Positions 12,263-26,147 of a stretch of 64,000 nt of DNA are shown here, piece after piece (the first letter of the stretch is position 1; each line of letters starts with the position of its first letter). A program made the translations under genes and the position numbers. The notes under the pieces are model-generated. The model was not told where the DNA came from. It was given only the letters and a program-made list of their open reading frames with translations, and did not search any database. The stretch comes from Octopus bimaculoides (Eukaryota), in assembly GCF_001194135.2 (NCBI RefSeq), contig NC_068987.1, forward strand, positions 4,535,266 to 4,599,265, written 5' to 3'.

Positions 12263-14739
12263 TTATTATATCCCATGCTATAATAGTTAGCAGGGACATT
12301 GTTTTGAGGTTTGGTGGCAACAGGTCTCCTCAAATCTCAAGAGTCTTTCTTGGGATTCTTGCAGAATATAGAATGGTACTTTTCTGCTGGTCGACAATGC
12401 AAGTCTCAATTCTAATATGCTTTATTTATATAATTATTATTATTATTAATATTCTTATTACTACCTTGAAACAGTTATCTTGTATGTAAATGCTATGAAC
12501 TTCCTCTTGATTGCTACACTACTAACACTGTATGAAAAAAAAAGAAAGCTAACATGAATTTATGTCTTGCTTCATGAAATATTCAATTAATAAATTTTGG
12601 GTTCTATCATGCTTATGATTTCTAAAAAGAATGAAATAGTCTTATACATGATTACAACAAATTGGAAATTTTAAGAGCTTCATAAATAGGCAGACAACAA
12701 AGAGAATTAAATACATGTATTTTATGCATCATCTTATTCTTAAATTTCAGATTAAAAATTTTAATCCTACCAAATATTATGAAAAAATGATTATCTCCCT
12801 TGTAATAAATGGCCTGTAAGGGAAGATTTGTTTTATCATTATCATTATCATTTTTGAGGCAGTAAGCTGGCTGAATCATTAGTATGCCAGACAAAATATG
12901 TTGTGGCATTTCATCCAGCTTTATGTTCTGAGATCAAATTCTGCCAAGGCCAGCTTTGTCTTTGTCATTTCAGGGTCAATAACCACTGAAGTTAACTTCA
13001 CCTTTCATCTTTTAGGGGTCAATAATGATCAGTTGAACATTGGGGTCCATGTTATTAACTAACCCCCAAATTCCAGGCCTTGCATCTGTAGTAGAAAGAT
13101 GTTGCGTGGTAGGACGTTTGCTTCCCAACCACATGGTTCCAGGTTCATGGGTAAGTGTCTTCTATTATAGCCTGGGGGCCAACCAAAGCCTTGTGAGCAG
13201 ATTTGGTAGTTGGAAACTAAAAGAAGCTTGTTGTATATCATCATCATCGTTTAACGTCCACTTTCCATGCTAGCATGGGTTGGATGATTTGACTGAGGAC
13301 TGGCGAACTGGATGGCTGCACCAGGCTCCAGTCTGATCTAGCAGAGTTTCTACAGCCAACCACTTCGAGAGTGTAGTGGGTTCAGAATCACAAACTCAGG
13401 TTATGGTTGGTACCACAAATGTGTTAATGTTTCGCTATTGGAATTGGTTTTTTGACTCTTCATCATCATCATCATCATCATCATCAATGTCCATTTTCCA
13501 TGCTGGCATGGGTTGGATGGCTTGACAGGGACCAATGATTTTCAGGGCTGTGTTCAGTTCCAGCATCTGTTTCAACATGGTTTCTACAGCTGGATGCTCT
13601 TCCTAATACCAAACATGTTACAGCATGGACTGGATGCTTTTTTGGGCCACCTGCACTTTTGAGGTCACCAGGTAGTTTGCAGGTCTACAAGCCCAGTGGA
13701 GGGGGTCAGCTTCATGCTAGGAGATTATTATGAGAGAGTGGGGATGGGGAGCAGAACAGGTTCCTGTAGAAGGTTCTGCATAGCTACTCAAAAAATAAAA
13801 ACAAGCTTGAAGAATTGTACAAAATGCTTAGCACCATTTCTTCCAGTTCTCTTTGCCTTTCATCCCTTTGGGTTTGACAAAAGGAAGTACCAGTGAAGTA
13901 CTGGGGTCAATGTAATCAACTTGCTCCTTTCCTTCAAAGTTGCTAGCCTTGTGCTAAAATTTGAAACCATTTTTAGAAGTTTGGCAATATCCAGAATGGT
14001 TTAACTCAAACTTGTTTGTTTAGGAAATCGGCAAGTTCTTTTTAATCTTGTTTTGTTTTTAGTTAGGAGGTAAGCCAGTGCTTGTGGCTCATTATTGGCC
14101 CTCCAAGACTGAATGGAGGAAAATGGTATCCTCACACTTGGAAACTGGTTGGAATGCTTGTAAAAAAAATGGACTCTGCTAAAGGCTCCATCTTCAATGT
14201 AGCAGGTGGTGGTGTCAAATCAGATGACAGGTTTAGGTCTACCACCCAAGTAAGACATGGTAGGATTCGAACTAAGAAGACAAAGAATCAGAACAAACAC
14301 TTCAAGGCATCCACTTCAACGTTCTTACAGTTCTGCCACCTTATGTTGCTCTATGTTTCTATACACATTACATGTACATTCCATCACTCTCATCATCATC
14401 ATCATCATATGTCCGCTTTCCATGTTGGCATGGGTTGGATAGCCTGACTGAGGACTGGCCAGCCAGAAGGCTCAAATCTGATCAGGCAAGGTTTCTACAG
14501 CTGGATGCCCTTCCTGATACCAACCACTCCAAGAGTGTAGTGGGTGCTTTTTATGTGACACCAGCAGTGGTGCGGATGTATCTCGTCAGGTGATAAATAA
14601 TTACAATTCGTTAAAATAACTGTTCCGCAATGTAACTTCCCGTTTTGTAGAGAGAAAAACAGCCAGACGGAGGAAATATCTTCATTTAAATCGAAGATCA
14701 AAAATAAAATCACAGATGGCAAAAAGAGAAATGAACATA

Positions 14740-14976
14740 CACATCCCATGCTGGTGGCAAGTAAAAAGCGCCATCTGAGCATGGTTGATGCCAGTGTTGC
14801 CTGACTGGTCCCCCATGCCAGTGGCACATAAAAAGCACTCAGTACACTCTTAGAGTGGTTGGCATCCAGCTGTGGAAACCTTGTCAGATCAGATTGGAGC
14901 CTGGTGCAGCTGCTGGCTCACCAGTACTCAGTCAAACCATTCAACCCATGCCAGCATGGAAAGCAGATGTTAAACA

Positions 14977-15013
<37 letters not shown>
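14740..15013 (+). mobile_element. Family C copy
   Basis: Family C core with (GAT)n tail; inverted relative to the copy at 14392-14570. Confidence 0.75.
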
Positions 15014-15043
<30 letters not shown>

Positions 15044-15202
15044 NNNNNNNNNNNNNNNNNNNNNNNTAGCTTGCTTCTCAACCACATGGTTCCAGGTTCA
15101 GTCCCACTGTGTGGAACCTTGGCCAAGTGTCTTCCACTATAGTGTCAGGCTGACCAAAGCCTTGTGAGCATATATATATATATGCATTTATATATATATA
15201 TA

Positions 15203-15240
<38 letters not shown>

Positions 15241-18200
15241 TATATATAGTTATATATATATATATATATATATATAGTTAATTACCTTAATTGCTATTGG
15301 TTACAGTTAAGATCTTGTTAATTGGTAGACTGACATGAAGAAACCAGCAATTTTAACAGTATTGCCTTCAAGATTACATCTTTCTTTGTTTTTTCCTTCT
15401 CTCTCGGTGCTTCAAGAACTTTCCATTAAGTAATGATATACAATACTTCTTTATTCTATGTGGAAAGTTTGCTTATAGAAATAGTTGTAACCCATACAAA
15501 GTCTGTTTAGAAAGATTATTGTTTCTATTGTTTATGTGCAACAGAATAGATCGGTGAAAGCTTTATTTACTGTGTTATTTGTTTTGAGATATCTCTTATG
15601 AATGTATGGTGTTAAACAACACAGAAATATATCAGCAGCAGATGGAAATTGTTGAGCAATGGTGGTTGTATTGCAAAATGTGCATTTCTGCCTCCTTAGG
15701 CTTCATCAGTAGTAGGTATTCACTAGCAACTGCACGATAAGCCAAAAATCAGCTGCTAGCAAGGTTTCGTTTGCCTAGGAGTATAATAGAAGGCACCTGT
15801 CCAAGCTGCGGCACAGTGGTACTAAACCCATGGATAGGAAGCTAATTTCTTACGCATACAGTTACCCCCTGCACCTTTTCATACCAATGCATCATCATCA
15901 TTTAATGTCTGATGTTCAATGCTGGCATGGACTCAAACTGTGCGACAGAACCCAGCAAGCTGTGGGGCCACAATGAGCTCCAATGTCAGCTTTAGCATGA
16001 ATTCTACAGCTAGATGCCCTTCCTAATGCCAACCACTTAATTATAGAGTGTACTGGGTGCTTTTTCCAAAACGCTGGTGAATCATTACCTTATAAGGTGC
16101 ACTAGACTCCCCACCACCACCAAGTATCTGATGACCAATATTGATTATTTTGTAAAAGATATGTTTTATAAGAACACTTTGACATTTCAGTATTTATCAC
16201 ACGGAGGGAAGCATCTGAATCGCATGGGGTGGAGGGGGAGGAGGGAAAAACACAAGGAATGGAAAGCAACATGCAACAAAGGATGCAAAGCAAAAAAAAA
16301 AATAAAATAATGAGTGAGAGAAACAGAAAATTTTTTTTGTTTATTTCAGATAATAATAATAATAATAATAATAATCACAACAATTATACTGTTATAGTTA
16401 TTATTGTTGTTGCGGTTGTTGTTATTGTTATTGTGTTTATTCCAACAGTTGAATGAAATAGCTAAGCCATGGACAAACCAGCCAAGATGGAGAAGAATCA
16501 AATTTTAAAAGAATGTGGAGTGAGGTAATAATGTAGTTTAACTTTCTCACAAAAACAGTTCCTGACCATAAAGACATATATATTATATATATATATGTGT
16601 GTGTGTATATATTTCTTTAGTTATTTTGTAGTTTAACAATTACAGGAGGAAGATATGAAAATATATATAGGATCAGAAGAGAAAAAGAATTGGTTTCCTT
16701 CAGAGAAAAGAAAAAGGGACCTCAGATAACCACTCAATGAAAGATAAAACTCTCTCATTATATAAATTAATTAAAAAAAAAAATATGAAAGTGCTTTTAA
16801 AGCCTTGCAAAAAAGATTTGAAAACAAACCCACAATTGAAGACGAAGAGAAAGACACAATTCTACTTCAAGACATTGGCGTTGGCAATATCTATTCTTAA
16901 CCTCATCAGTAGATTTAATGTGGCCTAAAATTAAAACTGTTACATATTTTTCTTCACAATATTGGCAAAAGACCTGTCATTCAGGATGGATAGGAGGCTA
17001 TATGATTATATTGACCCCTGAGTCCAACTGGTACTTGGTTTATCAGCCTCCAAAGAATGAAAGGCAAAAGCTGGCCTTAACGGAATTGGAACTCAGAACA
17101 CAAAGTCAGAAGGAACGCCACTACATATTTGCCTTCAGTGTCTATGGTACAGTAGCTTCAACCATTCCCTTTTCAGCCAATGAGTATCGGTGGATGTATA
17201 TACTACAATTACATTAGATATTGTATTGAACATCAAAACAATTTAGAGGCAATATAACAGCTTTTAAGATGTTCAGATGTCAAATGGAGCATCCAAACAA
17301 TTTAGATATACGACAGTACTAAAAGATATTCTAACACTTAGAGCTGTTAGCTATCCTTTATTAAGATTTCTTTTAACATACACCAGGGCATTATATATAC
17401 ATACATCTCACCATTAAATTATACAGGTTATTGATTGCTTAGATATAATAATAACGATTATATATACATATACATACCGTAGATATATGACATGCATTAG
17501 ATATATCTAGTATGCAGATATACATATGACTATTATGTATATATCAACACTATTAATTGCTTAGATATACTACTGGTCATTACATTCACAACCACTGACC
17601 AGTAATATATACAGTTAGCCATTATATAAATATATATATATATATGCACACACATATATATATATCAACATTAGAGATATTTTGATAGCCAGGAGATATG
17701 TTGACTAAAGCATACATACATATTCTTAGCCAGTAAGATATATGATGTACGGACTACTGACCATTAGCTGAATAGGTAGATATACGGGCAAATAAGTTAA
17801 CAAGGGGTGTTGTTCTGAATTCAGAGTTAATTCGACATTTGCTTCTGAGAGAAAATAAGCAAAAACCTAGTGGTAATTGTTAGAGAGCCTCAATGAAAAA
17901 AAGAAGATAACGTCAAAGAAATTAAGAATTAATTTCATAAATTTAGTTTACATGCACAGAGGCAAGTCTGATCTTTGTAAGCAAAGAGACAACTATGGAC
18001 ATGTTTCAGTCTATTAGCCCTCCTCAGTGTGGTATTGTCTACTGAAACTGGTTTTGTTCAATTGCCAATATTTATATATATANNNNNNNNNNNNNNNNNN
18101 NNNNNNNNNNNNNNNNNNNNNNNNNNNNNNNNNNNNNNNNNNNNNNNNNNNNNNNNNNNNNNNNNNNNNNNNNNNNNNNNNNNNNNNNNNNNNNNNNNNN

Positions 18201-18731
18201 NNNNNNNNNNNNNNNNNNNNNNNNNNNNNNNNNNNNNNNNNNNNNNNNNNNNNNNNNNNNNNNNNNNNNNNNNNNNNNNNNNNNNNNNNNNNNNNNNNNN
18301 NNNNNNNNNNNNNNNNNNNNNNNNNNNNNNNNNNNNNNNNNNNNNNNNNNNNNNNNNNNNNNNNNNNNNNNNNNNNNNNNNNNNNNNNNNNNNNNNNNNN
18401 NNNNNNNNNNNNNNNNNNNNNNNNNNNNNNNNNNNNNNNNNNNNNNNNNNNNNNNNNNNNNNNNNNNNNNNNNNNNNNNNNNNNNNNNNNNNNNNNNNNN
18501 NNNNNNNNNNNNNNNNNNNNNNNNNNNNNNNNNNNNNNNNNNNNNNNNNNNNNNNNNNNNNNNNNNNNNNNNNNNNNNNNNNNNNNNNNNNNNNNNNNNN
18601 NNNNNNNNNNNNNNNNNNNNNNNNNNNNNNNNNNNNNNNNNNNNNNNNNNNNNNNNNNNNNNNNNNNNNNNNNNNNNNNNNNNNNNNNNNNNNNNNNNNN
18701 NNNNNNNNNNNNNNNNNNNNNNNNNNNTCTC

Positions 18732-18737
18732 TTTATT
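18732..18737 (-). promoter_or_regulatory. Possible poly(A) signal of TnI
   Basis: AATAAA on the - strand about 175 nt after the putative stop, directly before the gap 18083-18727. Confidence 0.3.
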
Positions 18738-18851
18738 TTTTACAAAACATAGCACTCAAGGGGGAGGAGAGAGAGGTGAAGGAGTGGAGAAAGGGGATCT
18801 GATGCAGGCTAGGATGACACTATGGAGTAGAGATGTCTTCTGAAGCTTCCA

Positions 18852-18885
<34 letters not shown>

Positions 18886-18911
18886 CCACTGGCCTGCTTC
18901 TCACCCTTACA

Positions 18912-18944
18912 TCAAACGCCGACTTCTTCATGCACCTCATTCCT
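18912..18944 (-). CDS. TnI: Troponin I probable terminal coding exon (frame uncertain)
   Basis: Acceptor ttttctgttttgcag|. Phase 0 reads RNEVHEEVGV*, phase 1 reads xE*. The upstream exon is missing (gap), so phase cannot be fixed. UTR-like sequence and an AATAAA follow. Confidence 0.5.
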   Translation of the reverse strand, partial: RNEVHEEVGV

Positions 18945-19827
18945 CTGCAAAACAGAAAACAAAAACACATGAATATCAAGAAAAACATTTTTGTTTTTAA
19001 TCTTAAAACAAGTAAAACGCTAGACATTTTTTTTTTTTTTTCTAATATATCAAACATTGTTATCTTCCACCAGGTCAAGAAATTGAAATATCAGAACTTA
19101 ATCTATGAGGCCCTTTTGAAGGGCTAGCATATGACCCCATTCCCCATTGAAGTCAGCTGCCATGGCTTTCCATCTAGCCCAGTCTGCTATTTCCTGCAGA
19201 AGACAGGTCTGAAACCCGACAACTGAAGAAGGCCACTTGGAAAATAATCCTGGCAGCTGAAACTAGCTCAAGATGGCTCTGGTCGGAAAGTGACCGCAAG
19301 TGACCGCATGAAGAAATAACTGACAACACTCACAGAGAATTAACAGAAGATTCTATTACAACACATAGGAGCTTTAACTGTGTTGGTCTTTTACAAAGAC
19401 TTACAACAATAATTAGATGCTAAGAGAGACATACTGCTTGGAGATAATGGTAAGCTTACTGATGCAGCAAACTGTGGCTGGACCATCACAACTGGAAAAC
19501 AACTGCACTATATTCGTCATAACAAAAATGTCCAGTCTACTACTGGTCATCTGTTTTAGTCGGCTGGATGTGGTGAGAATGGAGACATAACATGAGGCTG
19601 CCTCAACGTTCTGCAATTACTGCCAGAAGCAGCCTTTTTATAGGGCACAAGGAGAAGATCCTAGAAGATTGAATCACGCAATGGTTTTGACACTGATTGG
19701 TTACTTAATAGCAGCCAATCAGGTGCTACAGTCTATTACATTGACCCCCCCACCACCACCACTACCACACTTCTTTATTGGTATTTATTTTTGCCCGGTG
19801 TGGTAACTATTCAACCAGCTCACCACC

Positions 19828-19875
<48 letters not shown>

Positions 19876-20113
19876 GTTTCAAATTTTGTCACAAAATCAG
19901 CAAGACCAGGGGAAGGGGCCAAGTTGATTATATTGACCCCGGTGTTCAACTAGTATTTATTTTATTGACCCCAGAAACAATGAAATGTAAAGTCGACTCC
20001 GGCAGAATAAAAATAATAATAATAATAATAATAACAATTACAATTTTGAATATTGACATGAGGTTAGAGTGATTTGAACTCAGAACATAAGATGATAATA
20101 TCACCACCACCAC

Positions 20114-20254
20114 NNNNNNNNNNNNNNNNNNNNNNNNNNNNNNNNNNNNNNNNNNNNNNNNNNNNNNNNNNNNNNNNNNNNNNNNNNNNNNNNNNNNNNN
20201 NNNNNNNNNNNNNNNNNNNNNNNNNNNNNNNNNNNNNNNNNNNNNNNNNNNNNN
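20114..20254. other. Assembly gap (141 N) within TnI
   Basis: Run of N. Other gaps: 2846-2855, 3910-4732, 11507-11678, 15044-15066, 18083-18727, 22453-22670, 27141-27150, 45906-46222, about 58397-58552, about 59509-60339. Confidence 0.95.
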
Positions 20255-20940
20255 AAGAGAGAAAGAAAAATGAACATACAGAGAATACAAGATGTGTTGA
20301 ATATTCCAATGAAAGGTCGGGAGGTCAGTAAACACAGCATCTCCTTTGTACTTATATTAATCCTTTTATTATTTACATGAAGGTACATGGCTTAGTGGTT
20401 AGGGTATTGCATGCACAATTGCTAGATCATGGGTTCAATTCCAGGACTGAGCAGTTCAGCAAAAAAGACTGATAGAATAAGTACTAGGCTTACAAAGAAT
20501 AAGTCCTGGAGTTGATTTGTTTGACTAAAGGCGGTGCTCCAGCATGGCCAAAGTCAAATGACTGAAACAAGTAAAAGAGTAAAAAAAAAAGAGTAACCTG
20601 TCAACACCTGATATAAAACTATTGTCTTCTCCACACACATTCTGTTGAGGGTTTTTTCCATTTTCGTTTTCCTGTTCTTGTATGCAAGTTACCTGGCAAC
20701 CCCACTTGTGCCAGTGACACGACAAAAGGCAGTCCGTACACTCTGTAAAGTGCTTGAAACCATACCAAGGATGATACTGGAGCTTGGTGTGGCCCTGAAA
20801 AACCTTCATTCCTCCCTATCTTCAAACACATTTTGTGCCCCAGTCATCAATTTACAGATATACCAGTTAAACATTATGGGTAGGCTATAGACACAGCATC
20901 TCTTCTTTACACTTATGAGTTCACAGCTGTAGCCTACACC

Positions 20941-21330
20941 AGCGTCACATAACCAGCCCACTCAAAAGTACCTTGGACCATAGGGCGACATGCCGTGCTT
21001 GAGGAGACCTATTGAGTCAAGTACATCAAAATCAAATCAAATCACAATCAAATGGAAATTGTAGTTGTGATCCCTGTGCTGGTGGCACGTAAAAAGCATC
21101 ATCCGAACGTGGCCGATGCCAGTGCTGCCTTGACTGACTTCTGTGCTGGAGGCACGTAAAAAGCACCCACTACACTCTTGGTGTGATTGGCGCTAGGAAG
21201 GGCATCCAGCTGTAGAAACACTGCCAGATCAGACCGGAGCCTGGTGCAGCCTCCTGGATTCCCAGTCCCAGTTGAACCGTCCAACCCATGCCAGCATGGA
21301 AAACGGACGTTAAACAATGATGATGATGAA
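20941..21330 (+). mobile_element. Long family C copy with extended 5' part
   Basis: Family C core plus upstream module gaggagacctattgagtcaagt...(aaatc)n; reverse-complement homologue at 25410-25790. Confidence 0.75.
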
Positions 21331-21389
21331 TGACACCTGCAACAGGTAATAATAAATACAAGAGACATCAATGAATCGTTTTCACTTAC

Positions 21390-21431
21390 TTGGCTTCTGT
21401 TTTGGATACTTTTTTGAGAACAGGTTTGACA
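21390..21431 (-). CDS. TnI: Troponin I exon (inhibitory region)
   Basis: ctcttttacag|T...AA|gtaagt, 42 nt, phase 2-2. Encodes (F)VKPVLKKVSKTEA(K), the GKFVKPxLKKV inhibitory motif. Confidence 0.95.
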
Positions 21432-22397
21432 CTGTAAAAGAGGAAATTGAGAAATGATTAAGGTACGATTATAGAAAGAACAAAGTGACAAAAAAAAAAT
21501 AAAGCGAGAGAGAGAGAGAGAGAGATAATGTTAATGATTTCTGTGATAATTCTAATTTTGACACAAGGCCAGCAATCTTGAAGGAAAGGCATGTCAATTA
21601 CACTGACCCCCAGTACTTGATTGGTACTTATTTTATCGAACCTGAAAGGCAAAGTTGACCTCAGCAAGATTTGAGCTCAGAACATAAAGATCCAGAAGAA
21701 ATTCCACTAAGCTTTTTGTCTGGAATGTTAATGATTCTACTGCTGGCTCATCTATGGTAATAAGTGGTCTTGTGAAATCTCTTAGCAAACCCTAACAGGT
21801 GTAGTTATAGTATTTACATTTATTAGGCTGTGAGGTTCAGAAAATTGTTTTGCAGTCACATGGTTTCAGGTTCAATCCATGCAGTGGAACTGAAGAGTCT
21901 TTCTACTATAAGTCCATGCCAACCAATGCCTTGGAAGTGAATTTGGTTGACGGAAACTCAGTGTGGGAGTCCATCTTATAGAAATCTTTGTCTTTCAAGT
22001 CACTTGGTGACCTCACCAGTACTGGTGCCATGTGAGAACGCACTCTGTAAAGAAGTTGGTGTTGAAAAAGGCATTTGGCCATAGAAACCATGTCAAAGCA
22101 GACAGTGGAGCTTGGCAAGGTCCTTTGGTTGGCCAGCTCCTGTCAAACTGTCCAATCCATACCAGCATGGAAAACTCATGTTAAATGATGATATATATAT
22201 ATATAAAAGACCAACTAAAGAGGTCTTCAGTCCACTAGCTAATCATGTTTTGGACATGTCCATGAAAAAAATCATGAAGTCTGAGTAACAATGCTATAAG
22301 TGGCAACTATAACCTTGTATGCATTAAATATTTACTCTTCCAAAGATATTGAGTCTAGTTTCACTTTGTAAAATTACCATATACATAACACAACTCC

Positions 22398-22452
<55 letters not shown>

Positions 22453-22670
22453 NNNNNNNNNNNNNNNNNNNNNNNNNNNNNNNNNNNNNNNNNNNNNNNN
22501 NNNNNNNNNNNNNNNNNNNNNNNNNNNNNNNNNNNNNNNNNNNNNNNNNNNNNNNNNNNNNNNNNNNNNNNNNNNNNNNNNNNNNNNNNNNNNNNNNNNN
22601 NNNNNNNNNNNNNNNNNNNNNNNNNNNNNNNNNNNNNNNNNNNNNNNNNNNNNNNNNNNNNNNNNNNNNN

Positions 22671-22733
<63 letters not shown>

Positions 22734-22800
22734 TTCAAAAGTCATGTAGACAGAAACTGAAAATGAATTTAATAAAATATGAAGCAAGATTGATACTCAC

Positions 22801-22844
22801 AATTTGCCTCTGGTGTCATTAACCTTTATTGTGAGGTCATTGAT
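22801..22844 (-). CDS. TnI: Troponin I exon
   Basis: ctttgttttcag|ATC...TT|gtgagt, 44 nt, phase 0-2. Encodes INDLTIKVNDTRGK(F). Confidence 0.95.
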
Positions 22845-24278
22845 CTGAAAACAAAGAAAGGAATGGTAAGGGTTAAGAATAGCAGTGAAACCAGCCATTA
22901 CATTTCTGATAATCAAGATGGCTTAGAGATGATTGTGGTTTTAAAACACTTGATTAGGTTACCATCGCTAATATACAAATTTCTGTTATTCCTATTGCAG
23001 GCTTAAATATAAATATAAATAGCATAAATATGATAAGGAGGGGACAGTTGATTACACTGACCCCTAGTGCTCCATTGGGACTTATTTTATTGACTCAGAA
23101 AAGATGAAAGGTAAAGCTGACCTCAGTGGAATTTGAACTCAGAAAATAACCATAATATTCTTTGAACTGGTAGTTCAGCAAACCACAACAACAGCCCCAA
23201 TACCATCACACTTTCTTTATAAGTCCAGTGGCAACAATGAATGTGACAACAGAGACACATAGAGGATGCTACTGAAAAGCTTCAACTTTGACGCTGCAAG
23301 CTAAATGATGGTGGATGTTTTCCACAGACCGAGAGCAGATGAGGATCTCATTGTGTCTTGCTAAGCCCTCATCCATTGAAATGATGAGAAAGTCCACCAT
23401 CTTAGATTTAGAACAGTCAAGATTTATTAATTTTGGATTTAAGTTAGAGAGGTTGAAGAATATTTGATTAAAAATTCTGATATTGATTACAACACAGCAA
23501 ATTTTATTAATTCTATTTTCACATCCATCATCCATTCTATTCATTAAATATATGTCTGAGACTGTCTCTAATTCTATGACACAAATTCCTTGTTTTAAAA
23601 ACGATTGGAATTAAAAAACTTCCATCAAAATTTCATGTCGCTGTCATTTTACTACATTCTTCATTATTCTCAAAATTAAACGAAACAAGGAGCATTTCAC
23701 CAGAAAGGGTTAACGTGATCTTCATTAAAACCTAAATGTTATTTTACTAAATTTACCATTCCCAGATCAATTATTTTCAAATCATTTCTACAAATGTTTC
23801 TACAGCAGAAGCATAACCAGACAGCTTGCTGGTCACATATATTATTCACCAAATATTATGCGTATTATTTTCCTAAACATGATATATTTTATTTAAATAG
23901 TATTGAAGAGCAATTATAATTACATTAATTTCTTTTGGCTAAGCAGAAGAGTAGCAACAGATGTTTTTTTAATAAGTTTTGGAATTGTCTCGGAATCAAT
24001 AGCAGAAATGTTGAAATTGCTTGATATGAGCATGAAGCCAAAGGTTTTAGGCAAAGGGGAAAATAAGAACAAGTTATATTCAGCATTTTCTCAAAGGTGT
24101 GTAGATTGTAAAATGACATGGTTCCAATGAAGAATTGGAACAACAAATTTTTATAAGGCAATTTAGTGTGCCATAATCTCTTGAGTATCGCAGAAACAGA
24201 GAGAGAAGGAGAGACAGAAAGGGAGAGAGAGAGATACAGAGAGGCACAGAGAGAGAGAGAGAGAAAGAAAGAGAGTAC

Positions 24279-24379
24279 CTCAAATTCTTGTCTTCTGATT
24301 TTAAATTCACAATCATAGACTTCTTCTTCAAGCTCTGCTGTTTTCGCATGGAGTTTCTTTACCAGATCTTGCAACTGTG
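24279..24379 (-). CDS. TnI: Troponin I exon (IT-arm coiled coil)
   Basis: ctttttacag|CA...GAG|gtactc, 101 nt, phase 1-0. Encodes (A)QLQDLVKKLHAKTAELEEEVYDCEFKIRRQEFE. Confidence 0.95.
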
Positions 24380-26147
24380 CTGTAAAAAGATGTAGCAAAA
24401 TTGGTAACAAGAGCGGAATCGGTGACTGGTAAAAACATAGTCAGGTCTGGTTTACCTTACCTTTTATTTAATCTCTTTTTAGCTGCTCCTGCTTCAGCAA
24501 TGTTAAACATAAAGAATTTTTTTTAAAAAAAAACCTAGAACTTGGATTCATATTTTTTGGAAAATAACACTTTCAGAGCTGGAATTTAACAAATCTCTGG
24601 CATTTTATTTCTTAGGAAATAATATTCTTCAAATTTTGGAACAAATACAACAAATTTAGTGGCGGGTGGGGAGGGGGGTTTAATCAATTACTTTGGCTCC
24701 AGTGCTCAGCTGATACTTATTTAACTGACCCCAAAAAGATGAACAGCAAAGTCACCCTTGATGGAATCTAAGCTCAGAGCAAAGGGAACCAGAAAAATAC
24801 TGTTAAGCATTTTATCTCAAAGATTTTTTGAGATAATAATTTTGGTTTCAAATTTTTGGTACAAAGCCGATAATTTCAGGGGTAATTTGGTTACATCGAT
24901 GCCAGTGCTTGACTGGTATTTATTTTATCAATCTCCAAAAGGATGAAAGGTAAAGTCAATCTCAGTGGAATTTGAACTCAGAACATAAGGAATGCTGCTA
25001 AGCATTTTGTCCAGCATGCTAACGACTCTGCCCTACCTTAGGTAACAATATTAAAATGCAGAAGTTATATAATAATAATTTTTAGGTCTAGTAACATTAT
25101 CTGTAAGATAAAACGTGTTTTTAGTATCCACATCTATGTTACGTTTCAACTGGTTTCATCTCCATATCTTCAAGTGTCTTAATCCTGAATGTAAATAAGG
25201 CATCAGGTAGGATTTGTACCAAGAAATATCATTTCTAAATAGGCAAGGTGTGCATGGGTGTGTGGTGAGAAGCTTGCTTCCAACCACATGGTTTTGGGTT
25301 CAGTCCTATGGTGTGGCACCTTGGGTAAGTATCTTCTACTATAGCCCCAGATCAACAAAAGTTTTGTGAGTGGATTGGGTTAATGGAAACTGAAAGTTTA
25401 TCATATATTATCATCATCATCATCATCACCATCATCATTTAACGTCCGTTTTCCATGCTGGCATGGGTTGGATGGTTCCACTGGGGTCCGAGAAGCCAGG
25501 AGGCTGCACCAGGCCCCAGTCTGATCTGGCAGTGTTTCTACAGATGGATGCCCTTCTTAACACCAAACACTCCGAGGGTGCTTTTTATGTGCCACAGGCA
25601 CAGGGGTCAGAAGAGCTGGCATCAACCACGATCGGTTGGTGCTTTGTACATGCCACCAGCATGGAAGCCAGTCAAAGCGGCACTGGCATCGGCCACATTC
25701 AAATGGTGTTTTTTATGTGCTACCAGCATGGGGCTCACAACTACAATTTCCATTTGATTTGATTTTGATTTTGATGTTGATGCACTTGGGATTTGAACTT
25801 AGAACATAAACAATCATAACTAAATACTTAAAGACATTTTGTTTGGTGTTCTACCATCGCTGCCAATCCCCTGTTTTAATGTAGATATAAATATAAGGTT
25901 AATAACCTCAAAAATTACATCCATTGATTTATACTTATAGCAAACAATATTTCATCTTGGAAGATATTCAAATACAAACATTGTTATTTTCTGTTCAGTT
26001 TCAATAACTTGTTTTTAAGAGAAGAAACATTTCCTTAAACATACAGCTTTAGTTTGTGTCATGATTCACTTACATCACAACTATAGAAATCTGTTTTCAT
26101 TTTAGCTTTATTCATTACTGTGAATTTCATTATTTGGCACCACTTGA

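Noticed and set aside
11809-13975. Regularly recurring repeats resembling a repeat-spacer array
   Set aside because: Dispersed, diverged SINE copies in both orientations in eukaryotic DNA; no constant short repeat or cas genes, so not CRISPR.
25143-25184. 42-nt - strand unit encoding IKTLEDMEMKPVE, superficially TnI-like
   Set aside because: That frame needs phase 2, whereas the host intron is phase 1, where it contains a stop; the donor (gtaaca) is weak.
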